Positions 25,267 to 36,962 of a stretch of 64,000 nt of DNA are shown one piece after another; within the stretch, counting starts at the first letter, position 1; each line of letters begins with the position of its first letter. The stretch spans positions 1 to 64,000 of the forward strand of contig JAUCBJ010005093.1 in NCBI GenBank assembly GCA_032718475.1, in the 5' to 3' direction. The position numbers were made by a program, and so were the translations under genes. This DNA is from Nemertoderma westbladi (lineage: Eukaryota; Animalia; Xenacoelomorpha). The notes below the pieces were generated by a model, which saw only the letters and a list, made by a program, of their open reading frames with translations, was not told where the DNA came from and ran no database searches.

Positions 25267-28200
25267 TTACCGACCCGCTCCTGGGTTCTTCGGGCTCGCT
25301 CCCCTCTTTCGCCCCCTTCCCAGATACACCAATCGTCCTCCAGTCGATTCTGTTGACGTCGTCCGCGAGGCGTCACTCCTCGGAACCGGCGACGATGATT
25401 CCCGGCTCGTGCTTCTCCCTCGGCCTTGTCCCAATTGTCGTGCTCCTGTGGTCACTTCCGCCAACTCTTCCTTTTGCAATTGCACGCGCGCCTTCTCCGA
25501 CGCACCCTGCGCCTTGCGCTGCAATCGCTGTGCCTCTATAATAGAATGGTAGTGATCGTCCTTGACTTGACGCTTGTCTTGGACCTCTCCTCCTGGTTCC
25601 TTCCGTGAGCCTTGAGCTCCAACGGTCGTCACTGTGGGCGCTGCGGTTCGCTGTTCTTCGATTCTCTGAGCGTCAACGACACCACTGGTACGTGAGTCAA
25701 TAGGAATTCGTTGCGGTATTGAATAGCCGCCATCCTCCAATCTCCTCGCGCGCGCACCACCTTTCTAGTTTCCGAAAATAGACCTTTCGTGATACGGTCG
25801 CAAATAGCAACAAAGTTCCAAGTGTACTTATTATCCATATTTAGTTGTCTGAAGTATTCCCGAACAACTATGACTCCAGTGTTCTGTGGAAGGTCTTGAG
25901 CGGTCAATATGAGCTCCTGATATTGTGGCAAAGACTGTAGATACGGCTCGTACGCAACATGTGATGGGTCTACCGCCCAAAATCCATATCCCGCCTTAAA
26001 TGGTAACCAACGCATCTGCGCTTGGATGTGGTCAGCCACACTCTCCCACTTATCTAGCATCTCCCGAAGTAGGTTAGCGCTATGGTTTTGGAAGGAATCG
26101 TCTTGCAGTTGGCATCTTGCGCTACGATGTCCCTTTACTCCACAATATCCACATTGAGAAATGAAAACGGTGCACGTATGAAATGAATGGTCGGTCTCGT
26201 TGCACCAATGGCAGACCTTATGCGCCGCCTCCACTACCGCGTCGCACGATTTTTGATTGTGCCTTGTGCTGCCGCACAACTTGCACCTACGCGCTTGTGG
26301 AAACCAGGCCCTCTCGTATATGAGGTCTCCAATCGGTTTCGCACTTCCTTCTTTCCCAATGTCTAATACGATGTCGTCCTCTCCGGTTAAAGGTTGTCGA
26401 TCCGGAACGAAGTAAACATCCTCGCCCTTGTCCTCTATCTCCAATATTTCCTCCCGCGTTCGTTTCGGATATGTCTTCTCCACCGGAAGATCTACTCCAA
26501 ACACCTCTACTAACGTCTCCGGCCAACCCTCTCTAACAGGTCTATCAGCCTCCGAGTGGAAGGGAGTACCAAACCCGCGGGTTTGATTCCCGAACCACTT
26601 CTCCAAAGCTTCTGGCGTCGGATACTCCATCGACGGTCCGTCTCCCAAATCTCCGATATTCTGTCGATATATCCCTTCGAATATCGCTAATCCTCTCCTC
26701 ACCATCGACGTATTCTCTAGCGATTGGTTGAAGAACGGGGTTAAGAAACGCTTCATCACGTCGGATTGGATTCCCACTTTCGAGCGAACGTATTGATTTC
26801 CTCCGAACACCAATGGATGACGCTTCAAAACTCGCGCAACGATATCCGCTAATAAACAAGTTACCATGTTCGACTCAAGCACCAAATAATATTGTAGTGA
26901 CGCACGGGGTGGCGCGCATATGTTCCAATACACTAACGCTTGCCGCTTGAAGTGGGATTTGAACTCCGCTCCCGGTGGCGTGTTATATTCACCATACGCC
27001 TCCTCGTATTTCTTCTGCGTTTTCAACTTGAAGTCCCAATTATACAATAAATGTGCTATGAAGCCCACACCAGTCTTGGCAGAGTTGGGATACTCCCTAT
27101 AAATTCCAATGTCTTGTACCCATAGCAACAATTGTTTGGTGTCGACAAACGGTCTTGACAATCTATCTTCCAAATCAGTTATGGCGTTAAAGTCACTCTC
27201 CAAATCGCTCTGGACTCCCGATCCCACCTTGACGTAATCTTGGTTGAGAATAGCCTCTCTAACCTTCTTGGGTAACATCCTGGTGTCGATACGCTCTGCT
27301 CCGTGCATACCTCCTCGCCTGCATAGTGCATACCTCCAAAATCTGTTCCCTAGGATCCTTCCCTTTCCGATATTGTGTCGTGATTATGGGCTCCGGTCTC
27401 TCTCTATCCGCTCTTACGCGCATAAACACATGAGTCACACCATCGGCCGTGCGAATTTGAATGCACTTACTAGTCAAGCATTCCTGATGAGACCCTCCTT
27501 CATTGTCGTAGAACATCACTCTCCAATCCTGCAGTGATTCCTCCGTTTTCCTCCACTGACGCTGAATCTCGTCGGATGGGGTCCACATGCGCTCGATAGC
27601 CTTGTGGTCGTCATATCGGGTGTAAGATCCCTTTCTCCTCAGCCACGCCGGATCTACCTCCTCGTCATCTGGGAATGTAGCCACCGCGACCCATACCTTG
27701 ATGTACTTATCTAACCATCCGAATAACTTACTCTCCTTTCCCGGAGCTCCAATCTTATCCAATGTGTCGTAGTCTGTGATCTGCATTGGGACATCACGCA
27801 AGAACTTCGCGCATAAAACTTCCCGTAGACAGTCGACGTTCCAATGATCCGACATCCTCACCATCGGCAAGAATCTAATCGCTTCTCGCGACTCCGGGTG
27901 ATCTACCAATATCGCAGGTTAGTTGCCGTCGGAATAATACACCGGTCGGGGTTGAGATACGGCCTGTGGAACAAATCCGGTCACTCTCCTCGTCTCCTCT
28001 TGATGTCTATCCGCGGTCTTATTATATTCCGCTACCCGCGCTTCGAATAATTGATTCGCCTTCGCCGCTCGCTCCTCCTGCCGCAACGCATCTATGTCGT
28101 CCTGATGCTCAGGCGTGAGAGTTTTCGCTTGATGGGGCGAAGTAAACGTAGACCAGGGACTCAAGAGCTCCAAACCCGCGGGTTTGGTACCTGAGTCCCG

Positions 28201-28986
28201 TGCCGCTTCGCACCGCGCCTCTAGGTAGGCTCGGTATAGCGAAATGGCCGCTGCCGTCTCTATCAAACTAGGTGTCGAACAGGGTTTAATCTCCGTATAC
28301 GGATCTAATGTCGTAACAGTCGGCGTAATGGGTCTTGGAGGTCGCTTGCCGCTGAAGTCGATACTGATCATCGGGTTGCTCATTGGGTAACCTCCCTCGT
28401 TGTATCTAAGGAATTGGTGAGCTTGACATCGCGTTAATATCGGTTCAGGATGTTGCTCGTCCAGTCGGTCGGGAATCGCCACGTCTTGTTTATTCATGCA
28501 TTCACCACATTTGTAGAACAACTTGTATACACTGAAGACCTTTGACGTCTCTTGATCCTCGCCTCGAGTCCTCCGATACAGATGCATTCCATCGAATTGA
28601 TCTCGGACTGCAGGTAAAGGCTCTTCATGTCGTAAATACATGTTCATATGGTACAGCCGCGCAATCTCCTCGTCCGGGTCTGCGCTAATGTTGCATACGT
28701 CTAACGCGAAATCGTAGGGATACCGAGTGCGATACTCCTTCCGCAAAACTTCCATGCGGTCCCCCAACGCTCTCATTCTTTCCCTCCTTAATTCTTTATC
28801 GTAAGCGGGTTTATACTTCCCATTTAGCTCCATTACCGACCTTCCATGATAGTAAACATTCGAATCCTTACATCCTGGTCGGGCAAATGGCAGCTCCGCC
28901 TCCTCTCTGGCAGTAAATCCTCTCCGCGGTTGGGCTCTAATTCCCTTCTCCATTACAATCCGCATATATACATATATATATTCCAA
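25267..28986 (-). pseudogene. Accessory ORF of element B: unknown N-terminal domain, DEDDy-type exonuclease, three CCHC knuckles, basic tail
   Basis: 28986-27919 continues in frame past TAA into 27909-27259 (MFYDNEG), frameshifts to 27308-25629 (LPKKVREAILNQDYVKVGSGVQSDL; YYLVLES; CKLC, CHWC, CGYC knuckles), probable tail in 25740-25267. Confidence 0.78.
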
Positions 28987-29720
28987 TAAGTTCCGTTACG
29001 TAACTAATTACACTGTGGGTGAATCAGTTAGATGTCGCTGAAGGACAGACCTCCTGAGCCCCCCCCCCCCCCCCCCCCCCCCCCACCGCCTTCCAGCAGT
29101 TCAGGTTCGACTCTCTAGATCCCGTCTCATTCCTAACTATCCTCTAACCTATTCCCATGCATAGCGCAAAAACTTTTGAGATAAACTGGCCGTGACCCTG
29201 ACCAACTCACTTTTTGATGCCCAAACTACTCCCATTACTTGTACTAAACTACAGTAGTTAGAAAGGACAATAGTCTCAATGCTCGACTATACCAAACCCA
29301 CAGGTTTGATAATCGAACATCACACTTCACTGCAAACTACTGAGTGCGGTCCGTGTATGCCCTGGTGCTACTAACCTTTAGCACCTTAGTTGTACTGTAG
29401 GCACCAATCTGTGGAAGTTGCTAAACTCAATTCACACTCCTACGTAATATAGCCGTCACCATGGTTTCTAAATGCTATTTTCCAGGCTTCATGACTTTTC
29501 AAATTACTGTTTATCTATAGACGAATTCTAAATCGCATCTATACACAGCATCTGGAATTGTCTTGGGTTCACTTCTAATTTTTAAATTTTTTAATTTTCC
29601 AAAAATTTTGAAATAAAATTTTGTTTTGATACCCACCAGGCAAATCACCACAAACCCGCTCCTATGCATTTCCTTGTATTTGCATACGAGGAATGCATAC
29701 GAAGTGAGTTGCGTCCAACA

Positions 29721-32700
29721 CTAATTTTTATTTGAGGCAGGAGACAAATTATAATCTCCTGTCTCGATGCGTGTCTCTTCTAATAACACAATATCTTGGA
29801 CCGGTCGGTCCAAGGTGTGTAAACCATTAGTTTTACACTTCTTTGGGTGCGGACACTTGCACCTAATTTTCACAGTGACTGTGCGCACTATGTTTTGCAC
29901 GTCTGGGTGTATGTGCAAGATAACTCCCGTCTCCCAGTACTTTCTCTTGACAATTGGTTCGGTTATCAATACGTAATCTCCTCTTTGGAGGCTCCGAACC
30001 GTTTTGTACCACTTTGTTCTGGTAGATATGGTGGGAAGATAGTATTCCCGCCAATATTCCCAGAATGTGTACGCCACAAATTGTGTCACTTTCCAGCTCT
30101 TACGACTATATAGGTCGGCACTAATGGGTTCTGATGCCGGCACAAGAAATGCTGGACTCTGCATTAGCAAATGATTCGGCGTTAATGCAACACCGTCTGG
30201 CAACATAGCTATCGGCCTCGAGTTCAGGGTATGCTCGATTTCGATGAAAGCTGTGACCAGTTCGTCGTCGGTAAGTTGTTTGTTTACAGGCAATGTCTTA
30301 GCAATGGCCTGCTTTATGGAACGAACCAAACGCTCCCAACTTCCTCCTCTCCAAGGACTTTCTGGAGTATTGAATCTCCACTCTATTCTTTGCGGCAAAA
30401 GTGCTGCAGAAATTTCTTTATTCTGCGCTGCTCTGTGAGCCGCGTTCAACTCGCTATTCCCTCCGACAAAGTTTGTACCCTTATCAGAGTAGAACACCTT
30501 TACTAGTCCTCTCCTGGCCATAAATCTCTTTAAGGCCAGGAGCAGAGATTTGGTCGACATGTCTGCCACACGCTCGATATGTATGGCTCTACTAGCCATG
30601 CATGTCAGTAGCAGGCCCCATCGCTTGTGGGTCAGCCGTCCACTCTTTGCCTCAATCGGACCAAAACAATCCACCCCTGTATTCGTAAAGGGTGGGTCAT
30701 ATGCCTGCACTCTCGCTTCCGGGAGTTCAGCCATCTCCTGTTCCAATACTCTGGCGTTCACCCTCTTGCAAACCAGACAGGCGTCGTACATAGTGCCTAC
30801 TGCCCTGCTTGGCTGCAATAGAATGAATCGCTGTCTCGCTGCCGACAAACAGTGTAACTTTCCCGCGTGATGCAACCTCTTGTGTATATCCCATAGAATC
30901 GCTCTTTGCAATTCTATTGGGTGACTAGGGATTATCACTGGGAACCTGAACTGTGAGTTTATGTCGACAGTCTGGATTCTCGATCTATGACAAATCAAAC
31001 CCTTATGGATTAATGGACTCCATTTTCTAAGGGGTTTATAGAGAACTGGTCGTTGAGCCGATAATAGATGGAATTCCTTTGGGAAGGCACACATTTGATA
31101 ATGTTTCAAATGCTTTAATTCCGCTTGATCAATGTCATCCTCTGTCAGAGGTTGTTTCAATTTCTGAATTCGCTCACTATTAGTGCTCATTTGTTCTCCC
31201 AAATGTTTCGAATGTTTTAAACAAAGGTACGAAATGTATCGGCTTAACCACGCAGTTCTTTTACAAATTGTCAGCCAAGAGGCAGACGAATTTAGTAATT
31301 TGTCATAAATACTACATGGCTCTAACGCCAGCGACGGTTGTCCGCTAACTAATGGAAGTTTCGAATCCAAACCCACAGGTTTGGAAACCAAAGGCTCCAT
31401 TGTGTCGGTCATTTTCTGTCCGTCACTTACCAACTGTGACTCTGGTTTAGTCTGTAAGGGTGGTTTTACGTCATAACTTACCCTTCCTGACCTAGTAGTC
31501 ACGTAAGTCTGTAGGTCTGACAGGTCTCCAGGCCGCTCCAATGGCTCTTCAGGCCGCTCCAATGACTCTTCAGGCCGCTCCAATGACTTGAGTTTGGCTT
31601 TAGACTTTGACTTAGAGACTTTCTCCACTTTGACTTCTGCATCTTCTGGCATCGGATTGGTCACTATCTTTAGTCGCTCTGGCCAATGTTCCTGTGTCCT
31701 CGTTAGAAAATCAGGTCCATGCAACCAAAACTCCTGGGACTCTTCCTGACAGAATTCCGCCGGCATTGCACCTCTCGAAGTTATGTCGGCCGGGTTTAAC
31801 ACTCCCGGACAATGTCTCCATTGTTCCTTCGTCGAAAAGTCGACGATCTGAGCGCGTCTGTTGGCCACAAATGTCTTTAGTGCAATATTGTCGGCCGCAA
31901 TGTATACTAACACTAAGGATGCGTCCGTCCAATAAAATAAGGTCAATGTCGTGTCTAACTCCTCTGTTATCTGCTTACTTACCTCGACTGAAACTACTGC
32001 CGCCTGTAACTCTGCACGAGGGACAGTCATGTATTTGACCGGCATTGTCTTTGATCTAGAAGTCACAAAGGCCGTCTCAAATTTATCCTGACTTACCTCT
32101 CGGCGAAGGTAGGCTACCATACCAAAGCCGGTGTCACTTGCGTCACTGAATAGGTGGAGTTCGAGATCAGCTGGGAATACCAGCTGATTCGGAAAGTAGG
32201 AACGGGGTACATCTATGTTTTTCAATAGATGCAACTCGGCTTCCCACTCTCTCCACTGCTTTGCATGTATAGGAGATATTGGTTCGTCCCACTCTAGGTC
32301 GGACAACCAAATTTTCCTCATGCACGCTCGTGCCTGTAATATTACCGGACTGATAAAGTTCATCGGGTCAAATAGTCTACTTAATGTCGATAAGCAAATT
32401 CTCTTTGTCAAAACTTTGTCTGGACTACTGGGCTCAAATCTAACTCTTACCTGGAACTTGTCCGTGTTCGGGTTCCAAGCGAGTCCCAGTACTCGCGCCA
32501 TGGGGATGGGTTCTACCCCCAATTCAATGTCTCCGCTCCCGCGATCTTTCACCGGGAACGACTCTAATAGGGCCTCCGAGTTCGTAGTGAACTTGGTCAG
32601 AGGAAATCCCCCTGTAGCCAAGCACTCCTGCAGGCCGTGAGCCACTTCTATGGCTTGTTCCGCTGTGTCCTTGGACACCAATCCGTCGTCCATGTAGAAG

Positions 32701-35700
32701 TTTCTCAAGATGGACTCGATAACCTCTACTGGATACTTACCAATCTGGGCTGTTGCCGTTTTCTTTAGAACAAACAGCGTGCCATTTGGACTATCGCGGG
32801 CACCAAATATCCTAACGTACATTTGGTATGTAACCACTGGGCCGGATAAGTCTTCATTCTCAAACCAGAGAAATCGAAGGCTATCCTGGTCTGCCTTACA
32901 GGCTCTTACCTGGTGGAACATCGCCTCGATGTCACAAGTAAATGCGAATCGCCGCTGTCTAAAACGCAACAGTATTCCTATCAAATAATTGTTCAGGTTG
33001 GGTCCGTCCATCAACTCTGAATTCAGGGACATACCTCTGTAGACTGCTGCGCAGTCGTTGACTACTCGGACTTTGTCAGGTTTGTCAGGGTGAGTCACAT
33101 AGTGGTGTGGGAGGTAATAAGTCTGGTCTGTCACTAAGTCAGGGTCCTCTACCTTCCCAGCAAATCCCTTGGCGAAATAGTTGTTGATCTGGGCGCAATA
33201 CTTCTCCCTAATGTCCGGATTCTTCAACAACCGAGCCCTTACTCCGTTCAATCTTTTCAAGGCTAAGCTGTAGTTGTTCTCCAACTTAGGAGGTTGTCGA
33301 CGCCACAACATTCCAACTTCAAAATGTCCAGTCGGTAGCAGACGTATGGTATCTTCCATCATCTCCAGCGACCGTTTCTCATCAGTAGACATGGCTAGGT
33401 CATATCCACCGGGTTCCATTGCGTCCCTATCCAGCCATTCGACGGTTCTGGCTCCTGTCTCGAGGTCCTGGCGTATCAATTCCTTCTGTAGCTCCTCCTC
33501 ACTGTATTGGAAAATGTCTAGGTCTCGATATTTAGCCACTTGACCCTCCACTATGTCGGTATAAGTCAAAACGTTACTCAGATAGGTAGCGTGGGCCGCT
33601 GAACCAGACCCACGGGTCTGATAACAGTAGTCCTCGGGTTCACTATCTGTCCGGTCATTGTGAAGTGGTTCCGACAACCTAACATTATCGGGAATCAACT
33701 CCTCGTCCGACTCGCTAACGTCACTATAATGGTCAATACAGGTTCTCCTAAACTCGTCTATGTCTGGTGGTTCTACTAACGGTGGTTGAGTTATAGGCTG
33801 TAATCCGTCGTATCTATCCATTGGCTTGTCGCCACCTGTAAACTCATAAGACATGGGTACTCGTGTATACCAACCTAATATAGTCCTATGGGCATGTGGT
33901 CCATTGACATGCGGCTCAGCTGGTCTCGTTTCCCATATTTGGTGTGCGATCAGCTGTTCTGCACCAATCAACATAGAAACATTCCTATAACCTACCTGGT
34001 GTCTCGGTACTCTGAGTTTGTCAAAATACTCCTGTGCTATGGGACTCATCGGTGGCACCTTACCTAACTGCCTGCCGAACCCCTTCATAGCTAGACACTT
34101 GAATCCATCTAATGGCAAAGCTTTCCGTTCTTGTCGAGTGTGTTGGTCTCTCGGAAGTAGGGAATCTAGTTCTACAGAAATTCTGTGTCCCTTGAGGTCA
34201 CGTACCCCGTGCATAGACTTTAACTCTATTTGTATTTCCTCTGCATCCTGGAAGCTAGAAACGGCTCTCGCCACTTCCTCGTCTATATATGATAATGTGG
34301 ACGCAGTGTCCAACATCACATATATTCTTTTTGATCCCTTATCTCCAGTAAGTTTCACCGGAATCACGCTAAATATTTCCGACGTGGCCGATGATAAATA
34401 CGTCCGCGCGCTGGTCGATGAACTATCCGCAGTGAAACCTTGGCAGGTCACCTCTCTTGCGCTCGATTCGCCATCCTCGTCCGACGAACCTGGTTGGTAA
34501 CCATCGTCTTGAATGCCGGTATACGTATTTCTTCTTATCGATACGGGTTCTTCGCTCTCCTTCCTTTGAGGATTTCGCTGTAAGTAACGGTCCGTTGGGG
34601 TGTGGAAATCCGCATGTAGCAACTTGTGATGTAGTCTGCCGCATTCCATGCATCCGTCCTTGCTGTTCGGGCACTGCCGCCGTACATGACCTGGCGCAAG
34701 ACATGCCCAACAGGTGTCCAATGTCCGCACTTGAAATCTTCTCTGTTCCGAATTTAATTCTTTGAACCGTCTGCAACTATCCAACTTATGATCGTCAGAT
34801 CTTACCTCCTTTAGTAAGCAGAATTGGCAACCTACAAATCCATCCGGCAACTCCTGTTGCTTTAACCTAGGTCTATCTAACCGCTCACCTGACCATACTC
34901 GCGAGTCTGATCTAAAGGCTGGGGTACTCGAATTATATCTGTCTACTGAGTTAAATGTCACAGTGGTCCTGTCATCGTCAAAACTTACCATAGACTTACC
35001 GGTAACAGGTTTAGACTCCCACATATTCTCCTCTGAGAAGTTTGATTTCATCTCTGCTACTGCGTCTGTGGCTATCATGTCATGGATATGTTGAAGTGTC
35101 AACACCTTACTTTGACCCTCCAACTTATTCTCTAATTTGCGCCATTTCTGACTGTAACGCATGTTTAAACGTCTTATTACGCTCTTCAAAACTTCGGCGT
35201 GATCACCAAGATAAGGTAGATTCACCATCATCAAGATGTCTAATGCGTTCGAAATAGCATTCGCTAAGTTCAACAGCTCTAACGGAGTTGTAATCCTTCC
35301 GCCCTTACCCAAGTCTTCTACTATCGACTGTGCCATCTTGGTTTTATTCCCATAGATGTCGCTAAGCGTCTTCATTGCTAACTCAAACGCCCTTTCATTG
35401 CCGACGAAGTTGTCAGCAATGACTCTAGGTTCTCGATGGAGCATTTGAAGCAAATAGTTGAACTTCTCGTTGGGAGTAAAGGTGCTGTTGGTCAGCTGTT
35501 CGTCGACATAGGTTTTGAACGTCCTCCAATGCTTATGGTTGCCCATAAACTTCTGGGGTTGTTGCGTCGGCAGTCCTTGCCTAGCAGCAAACTTACCTAT
35601 GTCTCTAAGTGTTGCGTCGTTCCGGGTTAACAAATGGTTTAGTTCTGCAGGGTTATTAAGTCTGGTCCTTTCCCGGGGATTAAAACTTACCTGCTCCGCG

Positions 35701-36941
35701 TCCATCCTTCTTTCCTTATAGTTTCGGGACTTCTGATGTCTCATGTCATCCTCTTCATCGCTTGATTCAGTGTCAGTCCTTAGCGCTCGCGATGGTTTGC
35801 GCGCTGAGGCCCTGACCCAGGCATCTTGTATAAACTTCTCGGCCGAATTTTCGAAATCGGGATTATGGATAGTCGGGACAGGCATCCTTACCTGAGGTCT
35901 ATGTGGTATAGTTGCCTCCAATATGCGTACTCGTTGACTAGGTTGGACTTTATCTAACTCAGGCCTGCTAGGATTTGAATTACTTCTTACCTGGGCTGCT
36001 TCCTTTAACCGTAGGTTGCTAAGCATGTCCGTTATAGGTTGGATGTGCGGCGATATAGCTTGCGCTAAACTGGCACTTAACTCATCCCTCGTAATAAATT
36101 CCTGGCTAGGGTTCTGTTGTATAGTCGGCTCTATCTGAATAATCCGCTGTCTCTCATATGATCCCTCTTCCGGTTTATCCCGTAAGTTCTCCGTTGAACT
36201 GGGTCGGCGCTCCGTCCGCGTATTCCAAACCCGCGGGTTCGGTTCACCAAATACTCGTCCCGTTGGAGTTTCTCTAAACTCTTCATTCTCGCGTTCGGTA
36301 TGTAGTGGTGCGGTGTTCTGATGCCGTGGATTCTGTGCGATAGGTGAAGCACTAATACCAACTGGTGTGCGATTTGTAGAGAACGGTTTAGCGATCCGTG
36401 TACTCGTAATAGCTGGACCGGGTATAGGAATTCTGGTCATCGTCGACTCGCGTATAGTCGGAGTTCTTGCTTCCTGTTCGGCCTTCTGCAGTGCGAACAG
36501 TTCTCGCAACTCAGTACCTACACTCGCCCCACATTCTTCGATCATTCGCATCCCCTTCTCGGCGATTTCATTTGCCTTCCTGGTCCGTTCTTCGCTCTCT
36601 AAGTTTAATCTCGCACTTTCCAACTGCGCCAGTTTACGTTCTTCTTCTTCCTTCGCTCGTCTTGCTGCGCTCTCTTCTTCCACTCGCGCCTTCTCTTCAT
36701 ACAACGCTTGTCGCTCTTTTTTGATCTCGAGTTTGCGTTCTTTGCGTTCGCGTTCCTTGCGTTCGCGTTCAAGTTCGAGTTCGCATTCCTTCTGTTCACG
36801 TTCAAGTTGGAGTTCGCGTTCCTTGCGTTCGCATTCAAGTTGGAGTTCGCGTTCCTTGCGTTCGTGTTCAAGTTGGAGTTCACGTTCCTTGCGTTCGCGT
36901 TCCGCTTGCTCACGCTTACTTATTTCTTCCAACTCTCGCAA
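29721..36941 (-). CDS. gag-pol: BEL/Pao Gag-Pol polyprotein (open, 2406 aa)
   Basis: DUF1759-like gag, three knuckles, MLDTAS protease, FYMDDG, FSDAS, NPADITSRG, GVDCFGP, SDKGTNF, GSWERLV. Confidence 0.95.
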   Translation of the reverse strand: MRELEEISKREQAERERKERELQLEHERKERELQLECERKERELQLEREQKECELELERERKERERKERKLEIKKERQALYEEKARVEEESAARRAKEEEERKLAQLESARLNLESEERTRKANEIAEKGMRMIEECGASVGTELRELFALQKAEQEARTPTIRESTMTRIPIPGPAITSTRIAKPFSTNRTPVGISASPIAQNPRHQNTAPLHTERENEEFRETPTGRVFGEPNPRVWNTRTERRPSSTENLRDKPEEGSYERQRIIQIEPTIQQNPSQEFITRDELSASLAQAISPHIQPITDMLSNLRLKEAAQVRSNSNPSRPELDKVQPSQRVRILEATIPHRPQVRMPVPTIHNPDFENSAEKFIQDAWVRASARKPSRALRTDTESSDEEDDMRHQKSRNYKERRMDAEQVSFNPRERTRLNNPAELNHLLTRNDATLRDIGKFAARQGLPTQQPQKFMGNHKHWRTFKTYVDEQLTNSTFTPNEKFNYLLQMLHREPRVIADNFVGNERAFELAMKTLSDIYGNKTKMAQSIVEDLGKGGRITTPLELLNLANAISNALDILMMVNLPYLGDHAEVLKSVIRRLNMRYSQKWRKLENKLEGQSKVLTLQHIHDMIATDAVAEMKSNFSEENMWESKPVTGKSMVSFDDDRTTVTFNSVDRYNSSTPAFRSDSRVWSGERLDRPRLKQQELPDGFVGCQFCLLKEVRSDDHKLDSCRRFKELNSEQRRFQVRTLDTCWACLAPGHVRRQCPNSKDGCMECGRLHHKLLHADFHTPTDRYLQRNPQRKESEEPVSIRRNTYTGIQDDGYQPGSSDEDGESSAREVTCQGFTADSSSTSARTYLSSATSEIFSVIPVKLTGDKGSKRIYVMLDTASTLSYIDEEVARAVSSFQDAEEIQIELKSMHGVRDLKGHRISVELDSLLPRDQHTRQERKALPLDGFKCLAMKGFGRQLGKVPPMSPIAQEYFDKLRVPRHQVGYRNVSMLIGAEQLIAHQIWETRPAEPHVNGPHAHRTILGWYTRVPMSYEFTGGDKPMDRYDGLQPITQPPLVEPPDIDEFRRTCIDHYSDVSESDEELIPDNVRLSEPLHNDRTDSEPEDYCYQTRGSGSAAHATYLSNVLTYTDIVEGQVAKYRDLDIFQYSEEELQKELIRQDLETGARTVEWLDRDAMEPGGYDLAMSTDEKRSLEMMEDTIRLLPTGHFEVGMLWRRQPPKLENNYSLALKRLNGVRARLLKNPDIREKYCAQINNYFAKGFAGKVEDPDLVTDQTYYLPHHYVTHPDKPDKVRVVNDCAAVYRGMSLNSELMDGPNLNNYLIGILLRFRQRRFAFTCDIEAMFHQVRACKADQDSLRFLWFENEDLSGPVVTYQMYVRIFGARDSPNGTLFVLKKTATAQIGKYPVEVIESILRNFYMDDGLVSKDTAEQAIEVAHGLQECLATGGFPLTKFTTNSEALLESFPVKDRGSGDIELGVEPIPMARVLGLAWNPNTDKFQVRVRFEPSSPDKVLTKRICLSTLSRLFDPMNFISPVILQARACMRKIWLSDLEWDEPISPIHAKQWREWEAELHLLKNIDVPRSYFPNQLVFPADLELHLFSDASDTGFGMVAYLRREVSQDKFETAFVTSRSKTMPVKYMTVPRAELQAAVVSVEVSKQITEELDTTLTLFYWTDASLVLVYIAADNIALKTFVANRRAQIVDFSTKEQWRHCPGVLNPADITSRGAMPAEFCQEESQEFWLHGPDFLTRTQEHWPERLKIVTNPMPEDAEVKVEKVSKSKSKAKLKSLERPEESLERPEEPLERPGDLSDLQTYVTTRSGRVSYDVKPPLQTKPESQLVSDGQKMTDTMEPLVSKPVGLDSKLPLVSGQPSLALEPCSIYDKLLNSSASWLTICKRTAWLSRYISYLCLKHSKHLGEQMSTNSERIQKLKQPLTEDDIDQAELKHLKHYQMCAFPKEFHLLSAQRPVLYKPLRKWSPLIHKGLICHRSRIQTVDINSQFRFPVIIPSHPIELQRAILWDIHKRLHHAGKLHCLSAARQRFILLQPSRAVGTMYDACLVCKRVNARVLEQEMAELPEARVQAYDPPFTNTGVDCFGPIEAKSGRLTHKRWGLLLTCMASRAIHIERVADMSTKSLLLALKRFMARRGLVKVFYSDKGTNFVGGNSELNAAHRAAQNKEISAALLPQRIEWRFNTPESPWRGGSWERLVRSIKQAIAKTLPVNKQLTDDELVTAFIEIEHTLNSRPIAMLPDGVALTPNHLLMQSPAFLVPASEPISADLYSRKSWKVTQFVAYTFWEYWREYYLPTISTRTKWYKTVRSLQRGDYVLITEPIVKRKYWETGVILHIHPDVQNIVRTVTVKIRCKCPHPKKCKTNGLHTLDRPVQDIVLLEETRIETGDYNLSPASNKN

Positions 36942-36962
36942 CTTCGCGTCTAACTTACATGT

